From Salinispira sp. (GTDB lineage Bacteria; Spirochaetota; Spirochaetia; DSM-27196; Salinispiraceae), in NCBI GenBank assembly GCA_965226555.1, contig CBDDDG010000010.1, forward strand, positions 160,001 to 224,000: 64,000 bases of DNA. Reading direction: 5' to 3'. The notes beneath the pieces were generated by a model. The model ran no database searches. It was not told where the DNA came from and saw nothing but the letters and a program-made list of their open reading frames with translations. Both the position numbers and the translations under genes were made by a program. Of this stretch, positions 8,869 through 19,254 are shown piece after piece; position 1 is the first letter of the stretch; the number at the start of each line of letters is the position of its first letter.

Positions 8869-10433
8869 ACGTGAAAACCAGACTGCTCACAGCTTATATT
8901 TTCCTTGTTGGTATTTCCCTCTTTTTCAGTATTCTCCAGTGGAGCCAGCCCCCCCCTGCCCTCCTGCCCTGGCTCATTATTGAGGTATCAGGGGGCAGCA
9001 ATAGTGTAACGGATTTTCTGGAAGATCGGAATTTCACACCGGTTCTCCGGAAAGAGTCGGTGCTTCTTCCCATAAGCCGCTTTGGACTATGGGAATTTCA
9101 GAGGATTACCACGTTGGAATCGCGCATGGGGGAAGAGGATATCCGCATTCTTCCTCAGCTGCCTCTTCTCATAGAACAATTCCGCCTTGATGGGGGGGAG
9201 CTAATTTTTGTTCCCGGTAAGCCCGAAAACATTCTGGCATCTCTGCGCTCCTATGACGGCGATTATATTGTACACTCATACCACCCAATTCCTCCGCTCT
9301 ACAGCGCCGTCATCTGGGGAATAACTGCTCTTATTCTTCTTGTGTTTTTCAAGCGCCGCCGCTGGACAATTCCGGTTATTATTGCCTTCCTTCCGGGCTT
9401 TTTTGTTCAGGCGCCGCTGTATCCCGGTTTACACATTGTTCTGTGCATCTGTGTGCGGGAAATGATTTTTTTCTCGGGATCAGAGTTTGAACGCTCTGTC
9501 AATGTGAACTCCCATATATTTCTGCCGGAACGGTTTACATCGCGCATTTCTTTTACCTTCAAAAAAATACAGACCTATGCTCTCTTTCCCGCAATATGGA
9601 CCTGCGCCCTGCTTCTCATTCTCTGTATATATGCGCTTGCTGTTCGGAAGGCGGAGGGGCTGTATGTTATCGCGGTAATTCCCTTTCTCATGATCATTGC
9701 GAAAGACGAATTCATCAGAATTGTTACTGAGGCGCAGAAGAGGGAGCACCGTCTTTTTTTTGCCGCAGAAATTATGCCTGCATGGAAAAAAGCTTCCCGA
9801 CAGGAACGCTTTGCGGTATTAACCGCGCTCCTTCTGGCGGTCTCCATTCCTCTGACATTGAGAATGAATGTATTCCCCCTTTTGCATGTTCAGGAACTCG
9901 GAGATATACACTCAGCGGAAGATCTCGATTCACTGCGGAACAGGGTATCGGTATTGTTGGATCAACGTGTAAAGGGAGCGACTGAAGATACAGAGCGCGA
10001 ATATACAGAACACAGTGAGGCAGGCAGCTATATTGTTGATATTCTTCTGGCCGACAGGGCATATCAACAGATATTCCCCTATCTCAGTCTCGCGCCGGAA
10101 AGCGGAGCAGGACGATATGAAAACGGAAAGGTATATCTCACACGATATGTGTCATTAGACGATGGTCTCAATTCTTATGAAGAACGGGTCTTTGATCTGA
10201 CGAATACTTGGCTTATCTCGGAACTCAGCGCCGCAAGTTCTACAGATATGCTCCGATTGTATACGGACGGCAGAAAATGGTATGATGTTTCACGGGAATT
10301 TCCTGTACGGAGACCCTCCCGAAGATGGAACTTTTTGCTGGAAATAATAATCCTCGCCATGGCGGGTCTGCCATGGATCGGACGATGGCATTTCACTCCC
10401 GTGAAAAAACTCATGAAAAAAACTTTTGCATAG
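8865..10433 (+). CDS. Hypothetical multi-pass membrane protein
   Basis: 522-aa ORF with ATGA overlap and several TM segments. Confidence 0.7.
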   Translation: MNVKTRLLTAYIFLVGISLFFSILQWSQPPPALLPWLIIEVSGGSNSVTDFLEDRNFTPVLRKESVLLPISRFGLWEFQRITTLESRMGEEDIRILPQLPLLIEQFRLDGGELIFVPGKPENILASLRSYDGDYIVHSYHPIPPLYSAVIWGITALILLVFFKRRRWTIPVIIAFLPGFFVQAPLYPGLHIVLCICVREMIFFSGSEFERSVNVNSHIFLPERFTSRISFTFKKIQTYALFPAIWTCALLLILCIYALAVRKAEGLYVIAVIPFLMIIAKDEFIRIVTEAQKREHRLFFAAEIMPAWKKASRQERFAVLTALLLAVSIPLTLRMNVFPLLHVQELGDIHSAEDLDSLRNRVSVLLDQRVKGATEDTEREYTEHSEAGSYIVDILLADRAYQQIFPYLSLAPESGAGRYENGKVYLTRYVSLDDGLNSYEERVFDLTNTWLISELSAASSTDMLRLYTDGRKWYDVSREFPVRRPSRRWNFLLEIIILAMAGLPWIGRWHFTPVKKLMKKTFA

Positions 10434-10434
10434 A

Positions 10435-10496
10435 TAAAGTTTTTACTTATGAAAAACTTTCTATACCTTGAGAGAATCAAGAATATAGATGAGAGG
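10435..10496. mobile_element. MITE modules B+C at the rnfC 5' end
   Basis: AAAGTTTTT..AAAAACTTTC hairpin then TATACCTTGAGAGAATCAAGAATATAGATGAGAG, as at 27412-27473. Confidence 0.75.
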
Positions 10497-11795
10497 CAAT
10501 TTTTGAACATAAACAGCCGGGGTATTAAACCGTATATGGCAGTGGAACCGGACTTCAAAGCAGATATTGTGCAAACCAGCCTCCCGAATTACGCAATTAT
10601 TCCATTACCGCCCGATTCAGAAGAAGAAATTCTGGTACGGATCGGGGAACGGATCCGTGAAGGGCAGATTATCAGCAAAGGAAAAAATGCAGTTCACGCA
10701 TCCATACCCGGAGTAGTCCGCAAAATTATGTCAATAACTCTACCGGATAAAACAGAGTCTCTCGCAGTACAAATTAAGCTTGGCGGGTTTTTCGATTATA
10801 CCGGAAAGCATGAAAAATACTTTAACTGGTCAAGTCTTCAGCCCTCTTCCATTATCAGGACCATACAGAAAAACGGACTGGTTCAGCTCGATGGTTCAGG
10901 GGAGAATCTTTCAACCCTCCTTGAGAATTGCCGTAAATCCGCAACCAGAACAATCATTGTCAATGCGGCAAACGGTACTCCGTTCCTGTCTAGTGAAATC
11001 AGAATTTTACAGGAGCACCCCGAGAAAATTGCTACCGCCCTTCAGATCCTGCATTACATACTCCCGGTAAAACATACAATTTTTGCCGCCACGAAAATTC
11101 AGTACGCGCAGAAGTTTCTTGAACATGTTCTGAAAATGGGCATACGCATGAAAACGAAGCGGGTTCCCGAAAAATATCCGGCGGGGAGCTCCCACGAGAT
11201 CATACGTTCTCTTCCCCAGAATCACTCCCAGAATCGTTCATCATCTCTTCAGACAGTTGTATTGAATATCTCGACCCTCCTTTCGCTCTATGAGGGTATT
11301 GTGCTGAATAAGTCGCTCATTGAAAAGATAATTACCGTGGGAGGAGGCGCTTTCGGAAAAAGTACGACAGTAAAGGCCCGTATCGGCACCCCACTGCGAA
11401 AAATCTTTCAGGAACTTGGCGGTCTGCAAAAAACGCCAGTGAAAATAGTGGTGGGCATTCCTCTCCGGGGACATGAAGTAACAGATATTGATACGCCGCT
11501 GAGCAAGGAAATAACGTCAATTTTTGCTCTTCAGAGCGATGAAATGGGCGCCGCATCGCAGTCGCCCTGCATTAATTGCGGCGTCTGTGTTGATCACTGC
11601 CCCGCAGATCTGGAGCCCCTGACCCTGCATAAGCTCTTGGACAATAACCGGTATGAGGAAGCCATCTCACGAGGGCTCATGTCCTGCTGGAGCTGCGGTA
11701 TTTGCAGCCATGTGTGCCCTTCATACATACCGCTTACACGAATTATTGAAGACGGCATGCTTACCGTTAAAAAAGAGGGTCTGCTTGAGTCATGA
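10449..11795 (+). CDS. rnfC: RnfC/RsxC-like electron transport subunit
   Basis: VHASIPGVV, VPEKYPAG, SLBB (ARIGTPL), two CxxCxxCxxxCP motifs; true start possibly TTG near 10503. Confidence 0.85.
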   Translation: MKNFLYLERIKNIDERQFLNINSRGIKPYMAVEPDFKADIVQTSLPNYAIIPLPPDSEEEILVRIGERIREGQIISKGKNAVHASIPGVVRKIMSITLPDKTESLAVQIKLGGFFDYTGKHEKYFNWSSLQPSSIIRTIQKNGLVQLDGSGENLSTLLENCRKSATRTIIVNAANGTPFLSSEIRILQEHPEKIATALQILHYILPVKHTIFAATKIQYAQKFLEHVLKMGIRMKTKRVPEKYPAGSSHEIIRSLPQNHSQNRSSSLQTVVLNISTLLSLYEGIVLNKSLIEKIITVGGGAFGKSTTVKARIGTPLRKIFQELGGLQKTPVKIVVGIPLRGHEVTDIDTPLSKEITSIFALQSDEMGAASQSPCINCGVCVDHCPADLEPLTLHKLLDNNRYEEAISRGLMSCWSCGICSHVCPSYIPLTRIIEDGMLTVKKEGLLES

Positions 11796-13002
11796 AGCCG
11801 TACTAAAAAACAGTAATACCAGCCCTCAGTACAGCAGCGCGCTGTCGATACGCCGCAGTATGTGGACCATGAATGGACTGCTCACGATCCTGCTGATCTG
11901 GGGAATTCTCATGTACGGCCCGCGCGCGCTGGGAATTGTCGCATTAAGCGTACTATCGGCCTTTATCGCCGAATTTCTGGTTCTGACACTCAGGCTCGCG
12001 CCCTCGTCCATGCCCGCATCCGCGCCCGCGCCCTCGCCCAAGCCCGCATTCGCATCCCCGCCTGTATCCGCCTCCATGCCCATGCCCGCGCCCGCATCCG
12101 CGGCCAAGAGAACGAGAACAGCGCTCTCAGACGGCAGCGCCGTTCTCTGCGGACTCATGTTCGGACTGACCCTCCCCCCCGCAGTTCACTGGCTTGTCGC
12201 GGTCATCGGACCTGCCTTCGCCATTATTATTGTGAAATGGGGATTAGGCGGACTGGGCATTAACCTGCTGAACCCGGCGCTTGCCGGAAGGCTCTTCGTT
12301 CAGCTCAGTTGGCCGGAAATGTTTCGGGCGTATAATTGGGGAAAGAGCCTGTTACCGGAAACCGGATGGAATGTTGACGCGGTAAGCGCTCCCTCCGCCC
12401 TCACACAAATTAAGAACTTCCTCATTGAAAACAGGAGCGGCTATATCTTCCGCCCATTGGAAATTGTCGATAAAAATTTCAGCATTGTTGATACATTTCT
12501 GACCAACATTCTTAATGAAGGCATTTTAATTCCAAATGGCATTATTCTTTCGGAGGGCTATATCGACTACTTCTTCGGATTCAGATACGGCGCCATTGGT
12601 GAAATTTCAATTGTTCTTATTCTCTTTATTTCGATCTTTCTCTTTGCCCGCGGAATAATATCTTGGCACATTCCGCTTGGCGGCTTTATCGGCATGAGCG
12701 CTCTGAGTTTCATATTTTCAGGAACATTCTGGGGGGCAAATTTTTTCTCGGGAGACATTCTCTTTGCTCTGTTCAGCGGAGGATTCATGTTTACTCTTAT
12801 GTTCATGGCCACCGATCCGGTAACCAGCCCCTATACCCGAAACGGCAAGTTCATCTTCGGATTAGGCTTTGGCGCGCTTGCCTTTGCGCTGCGGGATATC
12901 TCAATTGAAGCCGACGCATCCACAACAGCGCTTCTCATTATGAACATGCTCTGTCCGCTTATAAACATTATCGCGCGGAGAAAACCCCTTACACCGCATT
13001 GA
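11785..13002 (+). CDS. rnfD: RnfD-like membrane subunit
   Basis: LSDGSAVLCGL, GGLGINLLNPALAGR, GAIGEIS, FMATDPVTSP. Confidence 0.88.
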   Translation: MSHEAVLKNSNTSPQYSSALSIRRSMWTMNGLLTILLIWGILMYGPRALGIVALSVLSAFIAEFLVLTLRLAPSSMPASAPAPSPKPAFASPPVSASMPMPAPASAAKRTRTALSDGSAVLCGLMFGLTLPPAVHWLVAVIGPAFAIIIVKWGLGGLGINLLNPALAGRLFVQLSWPEMFRAYNWGKSLLPETGWNVDAVSAPSALTQIKNFLIENRSGYIFRPLEIVDKNFSIVDTFLTNILNEGILIPNGIILSEGYIDYFFGFRYGAIGEISIVLILFISIFLFARGIISWHIPLGGFIGMSALSFIFSGTFWGANFFSGDILFALFSGGFMFTLMFMATDPVTSPYTRNGKFIFGLGFGALAFALRDISIEADASTTALLIMNMLCPLINIIARRKPLTPH

Positions 13003-13015
13003 GAGAGAGTTTGGA

Positions 13016-13489
13016 ATGAATACATCGGGCAAACGGGCCTTTATACAGGTACTTCTCATTACTGCATTATGCGCAATGGTACTCATTGGACTTGGCATTC
13101 TTGCCAGGGGTCAGGCGGCGAGAACGCTGGAGCATTACCATTCTCTTGCACTGGAGGAAATGAGCAATGGTCTGCGGGTGCTGGGATCCCATGATGTCCG
13201 CCATCCGCAGATCAGTACTATTCATCGCATTGAAAACGGCGACAGCGTGTACGAAATATCGGGGAATGTATTGTTTACCGAAATCCGTATCCTCGTGCGC
13301 CTAAACAACTCCGGTATTTTTCAGGACTATAAGATTATCTTCATACATAATCCGCTGCGGGGCTGGGAATTTGGTAATTCTTTTGCCTATTATGAATTAT
13401 CATCAATTGAAAACAGCACGATGAGAATTCGGCGCTGGTCAGAATACATTCAGGCACTCATACAAACTGCCGAGGAATATCATTCATGA
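13016..13489 (+). CDS. Membrane-anchored hypothetical protein in the RnfG position
   Basis: N-terminal TM helix, position between rnfD and rnfE; no SGAT motif. Confidence 0.55.
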   Translation: MNTSGKRAFIQVLLITALCAMVLIGLGILARGQAARTLEHYHSLALEEMSNGLRVLGSHDVRHPQISTIHRIENGDSVYEISGNVLFTEIRILVRLNNSGIFQDYKIIFIHNPLRGWEFGNSFAYYELSSIENSTMRIRRWSEYIQALIQTAEEYHS

Positions 13490-14085
13490 AAAACTTATCC
13501 CGCATAGCACGGTCGGAAAGTATATTTTTCTTTAAACTTGCGGCCATCTGTCCCCTTATTCTCCTTTCAAGCCGAGTCGCATATTCCCTTGCCCTTTCTC
13601 TCATTCTGATTATCCACATTTCCTTCGTACTCTTTGTGCGCTATGTATCGGGAAAATTTCTTGAAAAGGCTGTCCGTTTCAGCATGGAGCTGCTTATGGC
13701 AGCAACATGTATTGCCGTTATTGACATGCTGATGACTGCCTACCTGCCCCTTATACGGGCGGATATGGGAATTCTGCTTCCCTTCGTTTTTTTTCAGGGA
13801 CAATTTTTTCTTTCGGCAATGGTATCATCCAAAAAATCGGGAGAGGCAGCAGCATCGAATCGCATGGGTAAACAGGAAATTACCCGCGCATACGGCGAAC
13901 TGCTTTCCTTCATCGCGATGATTCTCATTCTGTCCCTGTTCAGAGAATTATTGACCTATGGAAAAATTTCACTTGTATTTCAGCCATGGGATGGATTGGA
14001 GCGGCACTATTTCATCAGTATATTCTCTTCGGTAATGGGTATTCTCTTTCTTTTCACTGCAGCCTATCAATGGAGAAAAAAATGA
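13486..14085 (+). CDS. rnfE: RnfE-like membrane subunit (divergent)
   Basis: ICPLI, MGILLP, LFRELLTYG motifs. Confidence 0.7.
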   Translation: MKNLSRIARSESIFFFKLAAICPLILLSSRVAYSLALSLILIIHISFVLFVRYVSGKFLEKAVRFSMELLMAATCIAVIDMLMTAYLPLIRADMGILLPFVFFQGQFFLSAMVSSKKSGEAAASNRMGKQEITRAYGELLSFIAMILILSLFRELLTYGKISLVFQPWDGLERHYFISIFSSVMGILFLFTAAYQWRKK

Positions 14086-14636
14086 ATGTGGAAATTCTCT
14101 TTTTCTTTGCCTTTCATTCAAACATTCTCATTATGTTCCTTGCGGGATTACATGGATATTTTGATTTTCAGAATACCCAGCCCCCCATGCTGCCGACTGT
14201 GTTTGCTCAGTGGTCCACAAAGAGCATACATCTTTTTGTGTGGGGCTTCATTGCTGGTCTTCTGGGTATGATAATCCCGATGAAAACAGTATTACTCCCC
14301 GTTTTCATCTCCGTATTTCTTGTAATTCGGGCAATGAGCTCTGCCGCCACAGGAAAAAAATACAGAAAACAGGCGACTCGTGAAGTTGACAGGATCATTT
14401 CCGATCCTGTACTATCTATTCCGGTTCTGATCGTCGCATATACCGATATGGACCTATTTACAGTGCTTTTCTCCCTCATCAGTATTTCCTTGGGAATTTT
14501 GATCTCTTCCCTGATCCTGTTCGGCATCAAAACGAGGCTTGAACTTGAGAGCGGAAACAGGATTATCGTGCTTCTGCTTTCCATGAGTTTTGTCGCAATG
14601 ATTTTTACTGCTCTTCAGCAATCGTTTCCGGTATGA
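14082..14636 (+). CDS. RnfA-like membrane subunit (highly divergent)
   Basis: Hydrophobic; LFGIKTRLE and LLSMSFVAMIF resemble the RnfA C-terminus; operon position. Confidence 0.55.
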   Translation: MNVEILFFFAFHSNILIMFLAGLHGYFDFQNTQPPMLPTVFAQWSTKSIHLFVWGFIAGLLGMIIPMKTVLLPVFISVFLVIRAMSSAATGKKYRKQATREVDRIISDPVLSIPVLIVAYTDMDLFTVLFSLISISLGILISSLILFGIKTRLELESGNRIIVLLLSMSFVAMIFTALQQSFPV

Positions 14637-14640
14637 GTAT

Positions 14641-16722
14641 ATGAGTAAAAAATTACTTATTTTTGGCAGTGTATATTCTCCTCCCATTGGTATTTTTAAG
14701 GAAGACATTGAAATATCGTATTGGAATTACTACCGGCCGTTGCTGAAAATTCTGTACTCATATCCGAAAATTCCTGTTGTCCTTTTTTTCACCGGCACCC
14801 TGCTCAGTTGGATAGAAGAGAACCATGGGGAATTTCTGGATGTTATGGCCGAAATGGTAAAACGGCGGCAATTGGAGATACTCGGCGGAGCCTATTACGC
14901 ACCGATGCTGAATCTTATCTCGCGGCAAGATTGCATTGGCCAGATAGAACTGCTCACGACCTATATACGGAAACATTTCGGCCGCAGACCGCGCGGCTGC
15001 TGGATAACAGAACAAATATGGGAACCCCCAATGCCGTCAATAATACAATCGGCCGGCATTAATTATATTTTTCTCAATGAATACCATTTCTGGAAAGCCG
15101 GCTTTGAAGAACGCGATTTTCATACCCCCTGCATTACCGAAGATCAGGGGAAAACTCTTGTTGTTTTTCCCATGGCGCACGATGTGTATCAGCATTTCTG
15201 GGATATGAAACCGGATAGTATCAGAAAAAAAATTGAAACTGCGGATCTGGGCAGGGAAAATCAGGTTATCAGCCTCATCCATGGCATCCGTCATGATATC
15301 TCCAATTCCTCACACACGGAATCTCATCTCACGGCGGTTCTCAGCGAGCTCTCTGCCCTCATCAATGATAACAAAATCGAACTCATCCTACCCCATCAGT
15401 ATCTGCGGACACGACGAAAATTATCGCGGGGATATTTTCCTCCAACCTCCTACGATGAAATGCAGGCCTACGATTCAATCAGCGCGCTGGAAAACTATCT
15501 GCACCATAAGGGAACGCTCACCAGCGGCGTCGGCAGAACCGGATATTATTACGGCAGCCTTTTCCGGCAGAACCTCAGCCGGTATCCCGAGGTTAACCTC
15601 ATGTATGCGAAAATGCATTTTGTCCAGCGGCTCACCGCCCACATCCGCGGCGACAAATACCGCAAACAGGCAGCGAGAGAGGAACTATGGCACGGTCAGA
15701 CGCATGCTCCCTTCTGGCACGGAGAACATGGGGGGGTGTATGTCAATAATTATCGCAAAGAAGTCTATGCCGCCCTCATCCGCTCTGAAAAAATTACCCG
15801 CGAACAGGGAATTTTTGCCCCATCGATAATCTCCCTCGATTTCGATATGGATGGACTTGATGAGTTTTTATATCAGGGAAACCAGATTAATGCCTATGTT
15901 CATTCGCTCGGCGGAATACTCTTTGAACTGGACTTCATCCCCTCTCCCTGGAATTTTCTGGACACCATGGGAAGATACCCCGAAGTGTACCACCAGTCGA
16001 ATCAGGAGGCGCAGGGCTACGATACCTATCCGCGCAGGGCCTTTGTCGATCATTTTTTCACCCCGGAGGCGACAATTGAACAGTTTGACAGAATGATCTC
16101 TGAAGATGAGGGAATGTTTTCAACAGCCCGCTATGAAATTGAATCGGAAAACCGATCCATGAGCAAAAAGCTCATTATTCCCTTCATCGTTGAGGGTTCG
16201 CTGAAAACAAAAAACGGAATCCGCGCTATCAGAATACAAAAGACCTATTCATTTACCCGTAAAAGCGCGCGTGTACATTACTGCATAACAAATACCGGCG
16301 ATATGGCGCTCCAAACAATCTTTGCGCCTGAAATTAACTTGAGTTTTATCTCGGATCAGGAAAAATATCTTCGGGTCTCCTCAAATAATAACAAAAAAAG
16401 CATAATTCCCTTCGCTCCCGTTGAACTTGATATGAGTTCGGGAATTGTTTTTGAAGATCGCTTCACCAAGGTGAAAATTGATGTTGCCTTCGCCCCCGAA
16501 ACCGAATGTTGGACATTGCCGCTGAAAACCGAACATCTGGTGAGAAATACTTGGATACATACATACCAAGGTTCCACCATTCTTCCCCGCTGGTTCCTCA
16601 GTTTGAAGCCCAGAGAGTCCCATAACTGTAATGTGAGTATAAATCTGGCATCGCGGAGGGGGATGAGGTGGGATATCGCGCAAGAACATCCAGCACCCAC
16701 TCGAACCAGGGTCTCACAATAA
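14641..16722 (+). CDS. GH57 alpha-amylase/4-alpha-glucanotransferase (DUF1925/DUF1926 domains)
   Basis: EILGGAYYAP, GCWITEQIWEP, WHGEHGGVY, DFDMDGLDE. Confidence 0.88.
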   Translation: MSKKLLIFGSVYSPPIGIFKEDIEISYWNYYRPLLKILYSYPKIPVVLFFTGTLLSWIEENHGEFLDVMAEMVKRRQLEILGGAYYAPMLNLISRQDCIGQIELLTTYIRKHFGRRPRGCWITEQIWEPPMPSIIQSAGINYIFLNEYHFWKAGFEERDFHTPCITEDQGKTLVVFPMAHDVYQHFWDMKPDSIRKKIETADLGRENQVISLIHGIRHDISNSSHTESHLTAVLSELSALINDNKIELILPHQYLRTRRKLSRGYFPPTSYDEMQAYDSISALENYLHHKGTLTSGVGRTGYYYGSLFRQNLSRYPEVNLMYAKMHFVQRLTAHIRGDKYRKQAAREELWHGQTHAPFWHGEHGGVYVNNYRKEVYAALIRSEKITREQGIFAPSIISLDFDMDGLDEFLYQGNQINAYVHSLGGILFELDFIPSPWNFLDTMGRYPEVYHQSNQEAQGYDTYPRRAFVDHFFTPEATIEQFDRMISEDEGMFSTARYEIESENRSMSKKLIIPFIVEGSLKTKNGIRAIRIQKTYSFTRKSARVHYCITNTGDMALQTIFAPEINLSFISDQEKYLRVSSNNNKKSIIPFAPVELDMSSGIVFEDRFTKVKIDVAFAPETECWTLPLKTEHLVRNTWIHTYQGSTILPRWFLSLKPRESHNCNVSINLASRRGMRWDIAQEHPAPTRTRVSQ

Positions 16723-18004
16723 ATGGATTTTCTTTCCGAATAATAAGAAACTGCAGCGCCGCAGCTCGGAGGTTTCCGGCAAAATACAGGCTTTGGGCAT
16801 AATAAAACCGGGCACGGAATTCCACATCGGCGGTGATATTCATATCCAGCAGATTTTCAAGCTGCCGAATGGCGGGTTCATACACAGCGTTCAGAAAATT
16901 TCCGTTGGCAATTTCAATGAGAATTTGTTCCTCAAGCGGTATTTCTGCCACATTGGTTCTGCCTTCGCTTTCGAGAATGACCGGCAGCATGGGCTTCGCC
17001 GATGGTATGGTAAAGCGCTGGATTATGGTTTTTAGATTCTCAGTGGTTTTTGCCTGAAATATCGTTTTGTCGGGAATGACGGTAGACTCATCCGCGAAAC
17101 TAACTCCGCTGCTGAGCGCCTGATCAAGCATGAGGGTGGGCAGGAAATTATCTCTCTGCGAAGCTCGGGCGATAGTGCCGGCCTCTGCATCTGCATCTGC
17201 ATCTCCGGCGCCCGAAACGACCGCTTCCAGAGGTATCGCAATTGCGCGCCGAAGACTATTTTCGCCCGGTTCAATAAACTTCTGCCCGCTTATTTCGGAA
17301 AAAATATAGTACCCGGTTTTGATAATATTGTAATCAAAGGCGGCATAATAATAGGGTATGCCCGCTATCGCAGAATCAACATAACGCTGCACACCCAGCG
17401 CGATGTTGGTAATTTGAGTGGCCGAGAGCAGATCATCAGCCGAGAAAATTGGGTGGGTACTCCTGAACACTGTCGTTCGGATATTCTTTTCCGTATTGAA
17501 ACGGAGTTCAATACCGTTCTCCACAACAGAGGCGCGAAGCGATTTCACCATGACAAAATCGATAAATTCTTCAATGGAAGATATAACAACAGGAATAGTT
17601 ATTTTATTATCGGAAGGAATGAGAACGGGTACCTCAACTCCAACCCGATTTACCGTAACCACCGCATAATAGTATGAGCCGTTATTGCGGATAGTATCCA
17701 CCGCCATCTGCGCTCCGGGCGCAAAATCGCCGATTCGCTGCGCGGACCTAAGATTTTCGGGAAAGAGTTCCCTGAGCGAGCGGTACACGCGGTATTTTAC
17801 CGTTGAAAGATTCTCTATATCTTTCCAGGTAATGGTTACCCGATTATCCGCAGCCTTCACATTGATATTGCTTACGAAGGGGGTGAAGCCGCCATCTGCA
17901 AAAAGGCCGCCGCCGCGCGAAACAGAGGCATCCTGAGCATGCGCCGCCCCAAAGGCGATAAAAAGAAGAAAAATTATAACTATGCAGAAGTTTTCATATT
18001 TCAT
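16598..18004 (-). CDS. Hypothetical secreted protein (FN3-like N-terminus, TPR-like C-terminus)
   Basis: Signal peptide ending AHA-Q; ITW..YRVYRS..YYYAVV; ARFYYAQSLYFAG. Confidence 0.7.
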   Translation of the reverse strand: MKYENFCIVIIFLLFIAFGAAHAQDASVSRGGGLFADGGFTPFVSNINVKAADNRVTITWKDIENLSTVKYRVYRSLRELFPENLRSAQRIGDFAPGAQMAVDTIRNNGSYYYAVVTVNRVGVEVPVLIPSDNKITIPVVISSIEEFIDFVMVKSLRASVVENGIELRFNTEKNIRTTVFRSTHPIFSADDLLSATQITNIALGVQRYVDSAIAGIPYYYAAFDYNIIKTGYYIFSEISGQKFIEPGENSLRRAIAIPLEAVVSGAGDADADAEAGTIARASQRDNFLPTLMLDQALSSGVSFADESTVIPDKTIFQAKTTENLKTIIQRFTIPSAKPMLPVILESEGRTNVAEIPLEEQILIEIANGNFLNAVYEPAIRQLENLLDMNITADVEFRARFYYAQSLYFAGNLRAAALQFLIIRKENPFIVRPWFEWVLDVLARYPTSSPSAMPDLYSHYSYGTLWASN

Positions 18005-18100
18005 TGCTTCTGTTATAATAATCGGCAGTTTTTTTCGTGTCTGTATACTGGAAACGTTTGATATGTCCTCACATGAAGCGAGCAGGCCGAGCAACGTCAA

Positions 18101-18349
18101 TTAATGCGATCCGTTCCGCAATGTCCGCATTTCCTTATCGCTCAGCCCGGTAACATCCTGAATGTCATGGGCTGAAAATCCTTTGGAAAACATACTGCGG
18201 GCCGTTTCTCGAATGCCTTCTTCACGACCTGTTCGCAGTCCTTTCTGCAATCCTTCCTGCCGACCTGTCTGAAGTCCTTCTTCGCGGCCTTCCTGCCGAC
18301 CCATCTCCGCAATGTGAGCTCTGAATGTTTCCGCATTCATTCTGAACAT
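18101..18349 (-). CDS. Intact nested RpnS-like protein (82 aa)
   Basis: AAGGAGG 8 nt before ATG (MFRMNAE..). Confidence 0.6.
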   Translation of the reverse strand: MFRMNAETFRAHIAEMGRQEGREEGLQTGRQEGLQKGLRTGREEGIRETARSMFSKGFSAHDIQDVTGLSDKEMRTLRNGSH

Positions 18350-18957
18350 TTTCGCTACCTCCTTACCTCTCGGTTCTTTTGTTCTTTCTAATTGATTCAT
18401 TAACGTATCGAAGTCTATAACAATTCCGAACATCAAATCTACCACGCCGACAAATTCCTTTATCAGCTCCAGCGATTCTTCATTCAGCATTTCTGCTATC
18501 GCTTTCTCCACCTTCTGAATGTCCCAATCCGTATTCAGCAGATTTTTCGAGTACAGATCAAGGTACATAACAGCCGCAAACATTCTTCCCCGCTGCTGCA
18601 GCTGCTCCGCAGAATAATCGTTCTCACTTATCAGATCGTAGGGAAAAGGAGCAAGATACTGCGGGAATTCCCGCGTGTTCTGCTCTCTGACATTCCCGGG
18701 CACCTTCCATTTTCTCGTACCATTATAGAACACAATGGGCAGAAATACCAATTCACAGTCATCGGGAATTGCTCCAGAGCGGTGAATGTTCCGATAGAGA
18801 AGGTTTGTGTACTCCGACATGCGGAGGGGCATGTCTTTGTCCATGCGCCTCCGACAAAGCGTTGAAGAAATTGGAGCATTATTGCGGGTTGGAACAGCAG
18901 GGAGCGGTATCCTTGGTCGTAGGGAACGGGGGCGGGTTTTTCTTTGAAATCGATCAT
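18101..18957 (-). pseudogene. Rpn family nuclease (subfamily B) inactivated by a 160-bp internal deletion
   Basis: Relative to the 50207-51414 paralog, the segment between two TGGAC pentamers is missing; this removes ADIV..EHQS and shifts the frame. Confidence 0.85.
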
Positions 18958-19254
18958 ATAATTCCTCCTGAAGGTTTCTTATGAACGTTTTTTTCTGAAT
19001 AGGGGAGTTCCCATGGCGATGTGATGCCATGGTGAATTCTCTCCTCCTATATCTATAACGGGTAAACGGTCATTTTTGACTATGTTTTTTGAAAAAATTT
19101 GAAAAAAGTTTGCAAAATGTTGTGAATTTTTTTCGGATTGGGAGGGATTTTCGGGGCTACGGGAGGGGAGGGCTCGGGAACTGTTCCCGTTACGGTAAGA
19201 AGATACAGTGATCCCGAAAAATCGACCCGGTAATTTTCCATGAAAATTCATGTA

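Noticed and set aside
16598..16722. 125-bp convergent overlap between the GH57 gene and its neighbour
   Set aside because: Both tails look non-conserved; probably stop-codon drift with no evidence of function
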